Assembly (NCBI GenBank): GCA_964016885.1
Contig: OZ024744.1
Span: 46,624,001-46,688,000 of the forward strand
DNA: 64,000 nucleotides
Reading direction: 5' to 3'
Source of the DNA: Eledone cirrhosa
Taxonomy: Eukaryota
Positions 16,423 to 28,639 of the stretch are shown here, one piece after another; position 1 is the stretch's first letter, and each line of letters starts with the position of its first letter. Below the pieces are notes generated by a model. That model ran no database searches and was not told the DNA's origin. It saw nothing but the letters and a program-made list of their open reading frames with translations. The translations under genes and the position numbers were made by a program.

Positions 16423-17853
16423 TCACGGAGGTTTGAATCTTATGAATTTAGTGGCTATTCTATGCCTGCAGAAGATAGATCTTTCTAACTTATTATTAAG
16501 TAGTCTTTTAACATTTCTAAGGATATACAATAGCTCAAGATCACACAGCCCGCAATAGGACATACCTGTACTATAGGTTTTAGCAGCCGACAACTTCGAC
16601 CAGTTGATAGTGTAGCTAGCGTTGCTGTCCTTCAATTCCCATATTTTTCTGGCGAGGGTGGTGGAACCCATAAGAGCTCGGTTTTTCATCGAGTGCCTGT
16701 GCACATACCATCTTTTCTTAAAAGAACCCGCGGTGGATCCTATGTAATTCCAAGTGGAGTTACCCGAGATGACAGTGCACATGTACACCAGACTCGAATC
16801 GAGACATCTATTCGCCAATGGGCACCTATCTGGGAGGTGACAGTTGCAGTTTGAGGCGCTATTATGTGCAGCTTTTACATTCCTATTTAGTACCCTGTTA
16901 TAAGTGGGTTGTGATATATGCCCAATGGGGTTTTGCTGCTGCGCGTTTGTATGCGCTTGTGGTTGTGATGTTGTGATGAGTTTGTGCTTATGTATAGGTG
17001 CAATTGATTTACTTGAGATATTTCTGCGGTTGATCTTGCGTATGTGTGATTCTATGTTAGCTGCTGTTGAAAAAGAGAGTTTTATAGTAGATCTATTGAG
17101 TAGTTTGTGATATCTATGCGAGATAGGGAAGTGTTTATCTATTAGTTTAAAGAATATAGAGGGCAGTCTAGTTTTTATAGAGGAGTTGAATATTGGGTTG
17201 AACCATAGGTATTTCCTTTGTCTGTTTCTTCTATTGTTTCTAGGGTTTACGTTATTAGTGTTTTGGCCGTTTACTCTAGGTGTTACATGTCTAACCCTAT
17301 GTCTAGTCAAGCTATTCTTATTATTATGTGAGCGGTTGGAGTAGAAATTACTAGGATTGTTTATGTTGTCCTTATTCACTATATACTGTAGTTTATCTTT
17401 ATGACCGGCCCTACTTAATGCTGCATTATAATAGTCAGCATGCTCGTTAAAGATTTCTAGGTTTGAGGATAGGCGGGATATTCGGAGGGATATACTACGT
17501 GCTATGGATTTAATTATGGATTTGGGGTGATTTGAGTTGTAACTAATGTAGGCAAGATTTTCATTATTTTTGTGGAAAGGTTCTATTAATCCAGTATTTA
17601 GATTTAGAGTTACATCTAGAAAATTTACCTTCTTATGGTTTAGTTCGTAGGTAATACTTAGGCCTAGTTTTTTGAAGAATATTCTAATATTTTTCCTTAG
17701 TCTTTCCATGCTCTGGTTGTTTAGGTTCCTAGCTATAAGTAACGTGTCGTCCCTATAAATTCCTCCTTGGAGGTTACTGAATTCCTTATGTAGGTTGTGT
17801 GCTAGGAATAGCCCCACGATATCTGTAATTTGCGCAGAATCATTTGAACCCAT
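16423..17853 (-). CDS. PLE RT (C-terminal half) + GIY-YIG endonuclease, 5'-truncated (left arm)
   Basis: 476-aa ORF: MGSNDSAQITDIVG, GGIYRDD, VNFLDV, CNCHLPDRCPL, LVY...YIGST. Identical to the right-arm ORF. Confidence 0.85.
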   Translation of the reverse strand: MGSNDSAQITDIVGLFLAHNLHKEFSNLQGGIYRDDTLLIARNLNNQSMERLRKNIRIFFKKLGLSITYELNHKKVNFLDVTLNLNTGLIEPFHKNNENLAYISYNSNHPKSIIKSIARSISLRISRLSSNLEIFNEHADYYNAALSRAGHKDKLQYIVNKDNINNPSNFYSNRSHNNKNSLTRHRVRHVTPRVNGQNTNNVNPRNNRRNRQRKYLWFNPIFNSSIKTRLPSIFFKLIDKHFPISHRYHKLLNRSTIKLSFSTAANIESHIRKINRRNISSKSIAPIHKHKLITTSQPQAHTNAQQQNPIGHISQPTYNRVLNRNVKAAHNSASNCNCHLPDRCPLANRCLDSSLVYMCTVISGNSTWNYIGSTAGSFKKRWYVHRHSMKNRALMGSTTLARKIWELKDSNASYTINWSKLSAAKTYSTGMSYCGLCDLELLYILRNVKRLLNNKLERSIFCRHRIATKFIRFKPP

Positions 17854-17989
17854 TGTAATATCGAAGCTATTTATTCTATCCTTTCTTACCCAGTAGTTAT
17901 TTTCAAATTTTACGGCTAGAAGGACTATCGTAAAATTTGAAAATAACTACTGGGTAAGAAAGGATAGAATAAATAGCTTCGATATTACA

Positions 17990-19420
17990 ATGGGTTCAAA
18001 TGATTCTGCGCAAATTACAGATATCGTGGGGCTATTCCTAGCACACAACCTACATAAGGAATTCAGTAACCTCCAAGGAGGAATTTATAGGGACGACACG
18101 TTACTTATAGCTAGGAACCTAAACAACCAGAGCATGGAAAGACTAAGGAAAAATATTAGAATATTCTTCAAAAAACTAGGCCTAAGTATTACCTACGAAC
18201 TAAACCATAAGAAGGTAAATTTTCTAGATGTAACTCTAAATCTAAATACTGGATTAATAGAACCTTTCCACAAAAATAATGAAAATCTTGCCTACATTAG
18301 TTACAACTCAAATCACCCCAAATCCATAATTAAATCCATAGCACGTAGTATATCCCTCCGAATATCCCGCCTATCCTCAAACCTAGAAATCTTTAACGAG
18401 CATGCTGACTATTATAATGCAGCATTAAGTAGGGCCGGTCATAAAGATAAACTACAGTATATAGTGAATAAGGACAACATAAACAATCCTAGTAATTTCT
18501 ACTCCAACCGCTCACATAATAATAAGAATAGCTTGACTAGACATAGGGTTAGACATGTAACACCTAGAGTAAACGGCCAAAACACTAATAACGTAAACCC
18601 TAGAAACAATAGAAGAAACAGACAAAGGAAATACCTATGGTTCAACCCAATATTCAACTCCTCTATAAAAACTAGACTGCCCTCTATATTCTTTAAACTA
18701 ATAGATAAACACTTCCCTATCTCGCATAGATATCACAAACTACTCAATAGATCTACTATAAAACTCTCTTTTTCAACAGCAGCTAACATAGAATCACACA
18801 TACGCAAGATCAACCGCAGAAATATCTCAAGTAAATCAATTGCACCTATACATAAGCACAAACTCATCACAACATCACAACCACAAGCGCATACAAACGC
18901 GCAGCAGCAAAACCCCATTGGGCATATATCACAACCCACTTATAACAGGGTACTAAATAGGAATGTAAAAGCTGCACATAATAGCGCCTCAAACTGCAAC
19001 TGTCACCTCCCAGATAGGTGCCCATTGGCGAATAGATGTCTCGATTCGAGTCTGGTGTACATGTGCACTGTCATCTCGGGTAACTCCACTTGGAATTACA
19101 TAGGATCCACCGCGGGTTCTTTTAAGAAAAGATGGTATGTGCACAGGCACTCGATGAAAAACCGAGCTCTTATGGGTTCCACCACCCTCGCCAGAAAAAT
19201 ATGGGAATTGAAGGACAGCAACGCTAGCTACACTATCAACTGGTCGAAGTTGTCGGCTGCTAAAACCTATAGTACAGGTATGTCCTATTGCGGGCTGTGT
19301 GATCTTGAGCTATTGTATATCCTTAGAAATGTTAAAAGACTACTTAATAATAAGTTAGAAAGATCTATCTTCTGCAGGCATAGAATAGCCACTAAATTCA
19401 TAAGATTCAAACCTCCGTGA
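17990..19420 (+). CDS. PLE RT (C-terminal half) + GIY-YIG endonuclease, 5'-truncated (right arm)
   Basis: Same 476-aa ORF. The frame is open upstream through the palindrome spacer (ARRTIVKFENNYWVRK). Confidence 0.85.
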   Translation: MGSNDSAQITDIVGLFLAHNLHKEFSNLQGGIYRDDTLLIARNLNNQSMERLRKNIRIFFKKLGLSITYELNHKKVNFLDVTLNLNTGLIEPFHKNNENLAYISYNSNHPKSIIKSIARSISLRISRLSSNLEIFNEHADYYNAALSRAGHKDKLQYIVNKDNINNPSNFYSNRSHNNKNSLTRHRVRHVTPRVNGQNTNNVNPRNNRRNRQRKYLWFNPIFNSSIKTRLPSIFFKLIDKHFPISHRYHKLLNRSTIKLSFSTAANIESHIRKINRRNISSKSIAPIHKHKLITTSQPQAHTNAQQQNPIGHISQPTYNRVLNRNVKAAHNSASNCNCHLPDRCPLANRCLDSSLVYMCTVISGNSTWNYIGSTAGSFKKRWYVHRHSMKNRALMGSTTLARKIWELKDSNASYTINWSKLSAAKTYSTGMSYCGLCDLELLYILRNVKRLLNNKLERSIFCRHRIATKFIRFKPP

Positions 19421-20170
19421 ATCGAACCAACATAACATAGCTTTAAATTAGGATACCTACTACCCACAAAAAAAATATATATTCATTAAGTATACTATTT
19501 CCTTCACAAGTCTATACCACACAATAGTCTGTAAATACCTCATCTACCAACAATCTTACTCCTTCTCAGCTGCTGCAATCATTTGATCCTAGATCCTAGT
19601 TTTTCTCATTTCACTACTACAATGTTACTTTACCTTCTTTTTGCCATATTACAATTAGCACGCTTTTCTCTTTGCATGTATGTATATTTTTGTACGAGTG
19701 TATATTAGTGTGTATGTATGTGTCTATGTACACATATGTGTGTATATGTATTTATATTTATATATATATATATATATATATATGTGTATGTGTGTGTGTG
19801 TGTGTGTGTGCGTAGATATATGCGTATATTAATTCGTTAACCTCTGTATTAACTCTACAACTATTGAGCTTTGACAGTGGTCCCACTCATGTATACGGTT
19901 GAAGATGAAGAGAAAGACTGTAAAAACTAGCTTATCTTTATAATTTAAAATTGATACACACTACGATACTTTTTGCCTTATGACAGCTGGTTTTCACGCC
20001 GTAACATTAGATACATTATATACACCCCACCTAAGTAATGTCAGGGTCTCCTTAAATAGTTTATTGATAGCATTGTTGTAATAATTGTTGTTGTTTATTG
20101 TTCTAATTGAATGCCATAACTACTCCATATTTTCTTTTATTTTCTTGCCTGTGTATTTTCTTCATTCTCG

Positions 20171-20283
20171 CATGCTCCGAAGATCTGACTGGTTATAATT
20201 CTGTATTGGCGATCGAGTGACGCAAAATTAGGCGGATAGCGATCTCTAGACATACCAGTTCAGTGAAACAAATGTAAGCTATG
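20171..20283 (+). ncRNA. Hammerhead motif, C4 variant with long stem II
   Basis: CATGCT CCGAAGA T CTGACTGGT..(about 58 nt)..ACCAGTTCAG T GAA AC-aaat-GT A AGCTATG, in the PLE 3' UTR. Confidence 0.7.
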
Positions 20284-20504
20284 TGATTAAAAACTTTTTT
20301 GTATAGCAAACCATGTAAACCTTCTTTCCTGATTTATTATTACTCCAAGTGTTTACAACATAGGAATTACAGCATACCCGCAGCATCACTATGAAAACGC
20401 CTTGTTGAGTCAAACCAAGCCAAGCGTTAATATCATCCACTACCTGGAATACCATAACTGGACTTCACCTAAGTGGACTGCATTTAACTATTATTTGTTA
20501 ATCC

Positions 20505-20555
<51 letters not shown>

Positions 20556-20762
20556 TATATACATATATACATATATATATACACATAAATATACATACAC
20601 ATAGGTATGTGAAGGGCAAGGCAAAATAATATATGGGGGGGGCATAGGAAAAGGTGAAATATAAGGGGAGGTAAGGGAGAAAAAGTATATATATACAAGT
20701 GTACAGAACGTAGATTCAGCAAAATAAAAAACCGTAGCAGAAGTAAACAGCAGAGAAGGAGT

Positions 20763-22670
20763 TCAAGGCGGTTGATTTATCATAGGAGTGTCAATCCAGT
20801 TACAGATCAGATGCGATTTCAGATGAGGACAGCATCTGAAGATCTCAGTCTTTGAGTTAAGGCAAGCGGAAGTGGCTCTCAAGTTTAGCAAAATCCTATA
20901 TTTTTCTGTGGTACACAAAGAACAATTCTTTGTGCCCCTTTGGTACTCCCTCGAATGGTCTAATATAGACCAATCAATAGAGTACGGGATGTTACTATCC
21001 TTGAGTTCCTACACCTTACTTGCGAGGGCCGTTGATGTTCGTTTATCGGAGTGCTTAAAAGAAGCGACATGTGAGTAAAATCTTGTTTTAAACCTGTCCT
21101 GGGTCATACCGACATATCGCTCACTCCTGGCTGGCTGGTTGTTGATTACCGGTGTTATCTTAGCTTCATAAACAACAGATTTGGTGTTACATTTACCCTG
21201 CAATGGGCATTCATCCGGCTTCCTGCAACTGCATCCTGGATTTGTTCTCGTATGGTTTGAACTGATGATTTTGGACTTCATAGATGGGCAACAAGAGTAG
21301 CTGATCTTAACTACATTCCTATTAAATATCTTATAATATCTATGATTAGGAGGAAAATGTTTGTCTAAGAATTCAAGGAATTTCCTTCCTATATTAGTTT
21401 TGACAGTTAGAGAGAAGGGGGGGGGGTGAACCAAATAATCTTCCTTTTCCTGTTATTGTGGTTAGTTTTAGGGGGGGGGGGCGAGTAGGTAAATAAGAAT
21501 TTTTTCTGTAAAACCGACGTTCTTAAGGGCTTTATTATAATAAGGGGCGGCTTTATTAAAAATGTCTACAGACGAAGATAAGGTAGAAATCCTACGGCTA
21601 ATGTTAGGAATAAGATTATTAAAAACTATAGGGGGATGGCAAGACTCTTTGTGTATATACCTAAGATTTTCATTAGCTTTATGATAGGGTTTAAAAGAGG
21701 CGGTAAGTAGATCAAGATTAATATCAAGAAAGTTAGCATAGGTAAGGTTCGTATCTATAGTGATTTTAAGGTTAAGATTAGCAAAAGTATTGATTAAATC
21801 TTTACGGAATTTATCAAGGTTATGGCCGTTGGTGGTATGAGAAACTGCTAATCCGTCATCACGGTATAGACCGATATTATGGGACGGAAATTTCTCTTTG
21901 AGGGTGTGGAGAAGGAATAATCCTACTAAGTCACACACATCCGCACTGTCATATGAACCCATTGCAACATCAAAAGAGTTTTCAGGGTTTGACTTTTTAA
22001 CCCAAATATTATCATTAGTAAAGAGTAAAGTTTTTCTAGCATGAAAGATAATGTCTTCTTCTAATTTAGAAATATTAATGAAGGGTCTTGCAAAATCTAA
22101 GGCATTAGTTAATAAGGACACAGTAATAGATGGGTAAAAATCGACAATATCAAATTGGGTAAATCTACACTTATTTTTACCTTGTATATTATTAAACCAA
22201 GAAATAACAGAGGAAGTATTTAGCCACTGTGATAGGTCAGTGTTAGTTCTAATTTGGAGAATTATTTTTCTTAAGATTTTTTTACTTGCAAGGCCAACCT
22301 CGGATTTAGCCGGGTTAATCAGTCTACAACTAGGTCGATTAGTAAAGTCCAATTTATGGTCTTTAAGGGTAATATATACTTTACGCTTAGCTAGGCTTTC
22401 AATCCGGTTATCTATTTTTAAAGAACTAGCTAGTTCTTTAGCTTCTTTATTGATAGTATTGTAGGTATTATTATCAGTTAATTGATATTTATTGGTAATA
22501 CTATTAGTTAAAAGTTGGTTATACAAAGTACTATTAACTTCAAAGAGATTTTTAGTTTTATCAGAAAGAACAAAAGTATTTGTAGAATTTCTAAAATTAG
22601 AAATATCGTTAGATAGTTTAGTTTGAAAGTTATTATTGTACTTAAGAAATTTGATATCACTAATTTTTTT
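20763..22670 (-). pseudogene. Naiad-like PLE RT + GIY-YIG, frameshifted
   Basis: RLINPAKS, FDIVDFYPSI, MGSYDSADVCDLVG, GLYRDDGL, CSCRKPDECPL, YVGMT. Frameshifts at G-runs near 21417-21481 and a TAG at an expected Trp (21009). Confidence 0.9.
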
Positions 22671-22952
22671 TTATATTTATGTATATATATATATATGTAT
22701 GTGTATATATATACATATACATATGTGTGTGTATATGTGTGTGTATAATTGTATACGTGTGCGTGTGCGTGCTTTTGCATGTATTTGTGTATGTGTATGT
22801 ATGTGTTTATGTATTTGTATACGTATATTTGTGTGAGAGTGTGTGTATGTATGTACGTGTGTATATATATGTATGATTGTGTGCATGAATGTATGTATGT
22901 ATATGTATGTGTGTATGGCTATGTTTGTGTATGTGTATGCTTGTACACATAT

Positions 22953-22984
<32 letters not shown>

Positions 22985-23193
22985 GTATGTATATGTGTGT
23001 ATGTGTATTTATATTTATGTTTCTATGTGTATGTATGTGTGTATATATGTGTGTGTGGTTGTATATATGTATGTGTATGTATGGATGTGTTGATATTTAT
23101 GTGCGTATGTATATATGTGTATATGTAGGTGTATGTGTGAATTTATATACACATATATGTGTGTATATATGTGTGTGTGTGTATGTATTAGTG

Positions 23194-23246
<53 letters not shown>

Positions 23247-23250
<4 letters not shown>

Positions 23251-25947
23251 GTGAAGAGGACATTAGAAGAAGAGATGCAGGCTGCAGATCTTGGTGAGGA
23301 TTGGCCGACCCTTAAAAAGTCGGTTTATGATGTAGGCAGGCGTGTTCTGGGATTGGTGCATAGAAAACATCAGGACTGGTTTAATGAGAATGATGTACAT
23401 ATAGAAGACTTGTTGGCTGATAAGAGGCGTGCTCTGTCACGCTACTTGACGGCAAAACCATAGGAGAGGAATACGTTGCATGAGGAGCTCAGGGATGTAA
23501 AATCACGTGTTAGGCGGAGTCTTTCTCAGATGAAGGATCAGTGGTGGAGTGAGAAGGCTGGTGAGATACAAACTGCGTCTGATTCCAATAACACAAAGCT
23601 GTTGTACAGTCTCTTGCGTGAGGTTTATGGACCGTCTTCTTCTCTGGTGACACCGCTTCGCAGCAAGGATGGCAAAGAACTTCTTCGTGACTCACAGGGA
23701 ATTCTACGAAGGTGGCGAGAGCACTTTGATGATCTTTTGAATCAGCCGTCTGTCGTCAGTGAAGATTTCCTCAATCTCATTCCAGAAAGTCCTGTGAAAG
23801 TAGCTCTCGCAGAATCTCCGACGCTTGTGGAGGTTGCAGTGGCTATTTCGAAGCTGAACAGTGGAAGATCTCCAGGTATGGATGGCATACATGCTGAGCT
23901 CCTACAATATGGTGGTGAGAGACTCCTGCAACATCTGCACTCTTTGTTTGGAAGGATATGGGCTAATGAATCCGTACCTGAGGACTGGAGAGATGCAGTA
24001 ATGGTGGTCTTGTACAAGGGAAAGGGTAACAGGAATGATTGTGGGAACTACAGAGGTATATCATTGCTTTCTGTCGTAGGGAAAGTTTTATGTAGGGTGC
24101 TTCTGGACCGTCTGCTGACACACATTGCAGATTGTGTTATTCCTGAAAGTCAATCTGGTTTTCGTGCTGGACGCGGCACTACTGATATGATCTTCTCAGC
24201 TAGATAGCTCCAGGAGAAGTGCATTGAACAAGGCTTGGATTTGTATCAGGTTTTTGTCGATCTGACAAAGGCTTTCGATACTGTCAACAGAGATGCATTA
24301 TGGAAGGTTCTCCAGAAACTTGGTTGCCCTGATAAGTTCCTTGCTTTAGTTAGGTCTTTCCATGACGACATGAAGGCTTGGGTTAATGTCGGAGGTAACA
24401 TGTCGGAGCCTATCTCAGTAAAAAATGGAGTGAAATAGGGGGATATTCCAGCACCGACCCTGTTTGCCATATACTTTGCAATGGTTTTCTGTATTGCATT
24501 CAGGAATTGCGAGCATGGTGTTTACATCCGATATCGAACCTCAGGCAGCATATTTAACATCAGGCTCTTTGCTGCGAAGACAAAAGTATTTACATCAATC
24601 ATAAGAGACCTCTTGTATGCAGATGATTGCGAGCTTGTAGCGCACACAGAGAGTGATATGCAGCACATTTTTAATGCATTTCCTGACGCTTGCACTGCCC
24701 TGGGTTTGACTGTCAGTCTCAAGAAAACCGTCGTCATGTACCAACCTGCCCCTAGTAAGCAGTACACTGAACCAAACATCTATGTGTATGGCAAACAACT
24801 TGGAGTGGTTGATCAGTTTGTCTACCTGGGAAGCACTGTCAATCGATACGGCAACCTTGACAGTGAAATCTCACTTAGGATTAGGAAAGCAAGTGATGCT
24901 TTCGGAAAGCTAGAAAGGCGACTCTGGGGTCGGCGAGACATATGCAGGAGGACAAAGGTAAAGGTGTACAGGGCATGTGTACTCTCTTGTCTTCTTTATG
25001 CCTGCGAGACCTGGGTCACATATCGACACCACCTTAAGCAATTGGAGCGTTTCCATCAGATGTGTCTCAGACGGATCCATGGCATTCACTGGAGGGACCA
25101 CATCAGTGATGTCGAGATTTTGGAAAGCTCTATGTGTGACAGTATAGAAGCTCTTGTGCTTAAGCATCGACTCCGTTGGAGTGGTCACCTTGCCAGGATG
25201 AAGGATTCTAGAATACCAAAACAACTCTTCTATGGAGAGTTGGTTAAAGGAAAACGACCGCCACATAAACAAAAAAAGAGGTATAAGGATTCCTTGAAAG
25301 CCTCTCTGAAAGACGCTAACATCTCTGCTGATACATGGGAAAATATTGCTGCTGATCGTAATAAATGGAGAAAGACTGTATATGAGGGAAAAGTTGCCTT
25401 TGAGGCATCTCGAATCGGACACGAGAAAGTAAAGCGGGATGTGAGGAAGGGCATTGCTGTTGCACTTCCAGACGGCGAGGGTCCTCCTATGGTGCTGACA
25501 TGCAGTACTCGAAAGTCATCTTCGCAGTCATAAAGTAAGACCAGTGGTTGACTACCAGGCTGCTGTTGGAGATGCTACTCATCATGCTTGCCAAACATGT
25601 GGTAGAGAATGTAAATCAGCAGGAGGGCTCAAGCGACATGCAAAAGTACACGAACTCCAACCACAGCCGACTATTCCCAGTGAATGTTTTGGTTGCCGAC
25701 TCTGTGCAAGACATTTTAGATCATTGGCTGGGCTAAAAAGCCACATTCGATCGCAGCACTGTTAGTTGCTATCGTGTGTGTGTGTGTGCAGATATGCTTA
25801 TGTGCATGCGTGTGTGTGTATATATATATGTATACTATTATTGTTGTTGTCGTTATTATTATTATTATTATGATTATTATTGTTATTAATGTATGTGTGT
25901 GTGTATATGTGTGTGTGTATGTGTATGTGTGTATGTATATATGTATG

Positions 25948-25996
<49 letters not shown>

Positions 25997-26105
25997 CTTT
26001 ATTTTTATTTATTTATTTATTATTATTATTATTACTATTATTATTATTTTTTTTTTTTTTTTTTCTTGTGCAATGGCCATACTCGATAACGAGGGGGCAG
26101 CCATC
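23247..26105 (+). mobile_element. RTE (BovB-like) LINE, 5'-truncated, with C-terminal C2H2 fingers
   Basis: YRGISLLS, PESQSGFR, FVDLTKAFD, LYADD, LRWSGH motifs with in-frame stops. 3' stem-loop tail at 26067-26105 is shared with 58673-58711. Confidence 0.9.
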
Positions 26106-26166
26106 ATATATATATGTATATATATATATATATTAGCTTGTCGCTAAAACAATTTCTATACCTTTC

Positions 26167-26229
<63 letters not shown>

Positions 26230-26238
26230 TATATATAT

Positions 26239-26631
26239 AATTAAGTTAAAAATGTACATCTACATATGCATACTGAAATACTAGTAGGCATATGAATACA
26301 CACACGTATACATATGTAGATTTACCAAGTCTTTCACTGGTTACTTTACTGTGAGTATCCAGGTAAATATTGCTGATGAGTTGTAACAACAACGAAACTA
26401 GTTCAATATTCCTTGTCTGGCTTTCTGGAGAATAGAGGAAAGGTGTTTCCTAAAAAACCAGTATGACTCTAAAAACCGGTTTGTCTGTGTGTTTACATAC
26501 AGAATAGCTGGATACTCACAGTAAAGTAACCAGTGAAAGACTTGGTACATCTACATATGTATACGTGTGTGTATTCATATGCATACTAGTATTTCAGTAT
26601 GCATATGTAGATGTACATTTTTAACTTAATT
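26239..26631. repeat. Fold-back element: 124-bp inverted arms around a 145-bp loop that holds an HHR
   Basis: 26239-26362 is the reverse complement of 26508-26631 (2 mismatches seen). Confidence 0.92.
26366..26410 (+). ncRNA. Minimal type I hammerhead ribozyme motif
   Basis: AATATTG CTGATGA GTTG-taacaa-CAAC GAA AC-ta-GT T CAATATT: 7-bp stem I and canonical core. Confidence 0.9.
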
Positions 26632-26698
26632 GTTTAAGCGTCAGTCATACAAAAGTGAGTTACAAACGAAACGAAATTTAATTTCGTTTCGTTATTTG

Positions 26699-26737
<39 letters not shown>

Positions 26738-26921
26738 AGATAAATCTACCAAAAGTTTACGGTAGTATGAAGAACTCAATGTAATCCGGATATCATGGAA
26801 AGAAGAGATGCATTCAAAAATCACTTTCGGTGAAAGATAAACGGAATACAGAGTCAAGATAAAATATTAAAAAAATAATGAATAAAACAATGAAACAGTT
26901 CCTTATATTAAACAAAAAAAG

Positions 26922-27064
26922 TTCATTATTTAACGATCGTTTCTAGGACATATATGTGTTAGAAATGGCATGCATATTCAAAAGATCTATATACAAAATT
27001 ATACAAACTATCAAAGAGAATATACATACCATCACATATATATGCTGTCTTCAGAAATAATGAA
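26922..27064 (-). ncRNA. Hammerhead motif with about 110-nt stem II
   Basis: TTCATTATTT CTGAAGA C [long hairpin] A GAA AC-gatc-GT T AAATAATGAA: 10-bp perfect stem I. Confidence 0.8.
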
Positions 27065-27836
27065 GTATATTTATTGATAATAACAACAATTCAAAATTAC
27101 AGGTCAGTTTGGGAACAGATTTTAAATAGACCAATGAAATACATAAAAATTCATCAAGAAAATACAGTTAGGTGTGTGTATATATGCAATTAACTTCGTT
27201 CACAGATATGCATAAAAATGTATGTTCACATGCATACGCATGTCGAAAAAGTGTATGTAAATATAAAAATTCAGGGCTAATGTCTCTGTATGTTTATAAT
27301 CCACAGACAAAATATACATACATATACATATATATATACACACATATATACACACATATACATACATTCATACACACACACACATATATACATAAACACA
27401 CACATACCTACGAACACACACACATATATACACACACACACACATACGTATATATTATTATTATAACTATATGGATATTGAGGCGCACACATAAACACGG
27501 CCACACACACTTACATCTAGATGCAGAATTAAAAGGAGGTAAGGGAGTAAGTAATTAAGGAGGGTGTCAGACTCAGCATATTTATAAAAATGTATCTATA
27601 AATTTAGAAATAAAAAGAAATATAATAAAAGAAATATAATAAAAACATTAAAAAACATAAAAAGAGAGACATAAAATATACATGCTTATATACATACGCA
27701 CATTTACACATCCATACGTTCGATACATACATACGTACACACATACACATACACATACTTAACCTCACGCATATTAATCTGTTTGTATGCATATACATAA
27801 AACCAAGTAAAACATATACTCATACATATAAATACA

Positions 27837-27944
<108 letters not shown>

Positions 27945-28002
27945 CGCACAACACACATATATACATATATGTACATACACATACACACATACATACACAT
28001 AC

Positions 28003-28033
<31 letters not shown>

Positions 28034-28173
28034 TATACACACATATTTATACACACACACACATACATATACGTATATATACATACACACACATACCCAT
28101 GTATATATACACACAACCACACACTCACACACACTCAGACATACGTAAATATAGTCATACATACACACACATA

Positions 28174-28231
<58 letters not shown>

Positions 28232-28351
28232 TATACATATATATATATATAAAAAAAATAAATAAATACACAGTCAGACAATTATGCACATATATACACA
28301 TACATACACACATCTCTACAAATACATATACATACACATACATACATACAC

Positions 28352-28401
<50 letters not shown>

Positions 28402-28639
28402 TCATACACACTTATTTACATGCGCACATATGTATTTTTATACTCACATACAAACACACAAACATACATACTTACATACACATACATACATCCACGCTTA
28501 CAAATACGAATAATTATGAGGGGGAGGGGGATTAAAATTATTAGTGGGAAATAGTAAATATAGGTTTCAAGGAACATAGAATATTAATCTGCATTTAAAT
28601 CATAATATGTGTTTACATAGTAGTGTCAGTATTAGGAAA

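Larger units (their letters stand above)
15491..20505. mobile_element. Head-to-head palindromic insertion of a 5'-truncated Naiad-like PLE
   Basis: 15491-17914 is the reverse complement of 17929-20337, with a 14-nt spacer. The right copy has an extra tail of about 170 nt up to (TA)n. Confidence 0.93.

Noticed and set aside
20843-20875. CTGAAGA followed by a small hairpin
   Set aside because: No GAAA or stem III follows, and it lies antisense within the GIY-YIG coding end.
20763-22670. Selenocysteine recoding, as reported for some Naiad PLEs
   Set aside because: The Cys motifs of the Naiad-like copies use normal Cys codons, and the in-frame stop at 21009 is TAG at a Trp position, not TGA.
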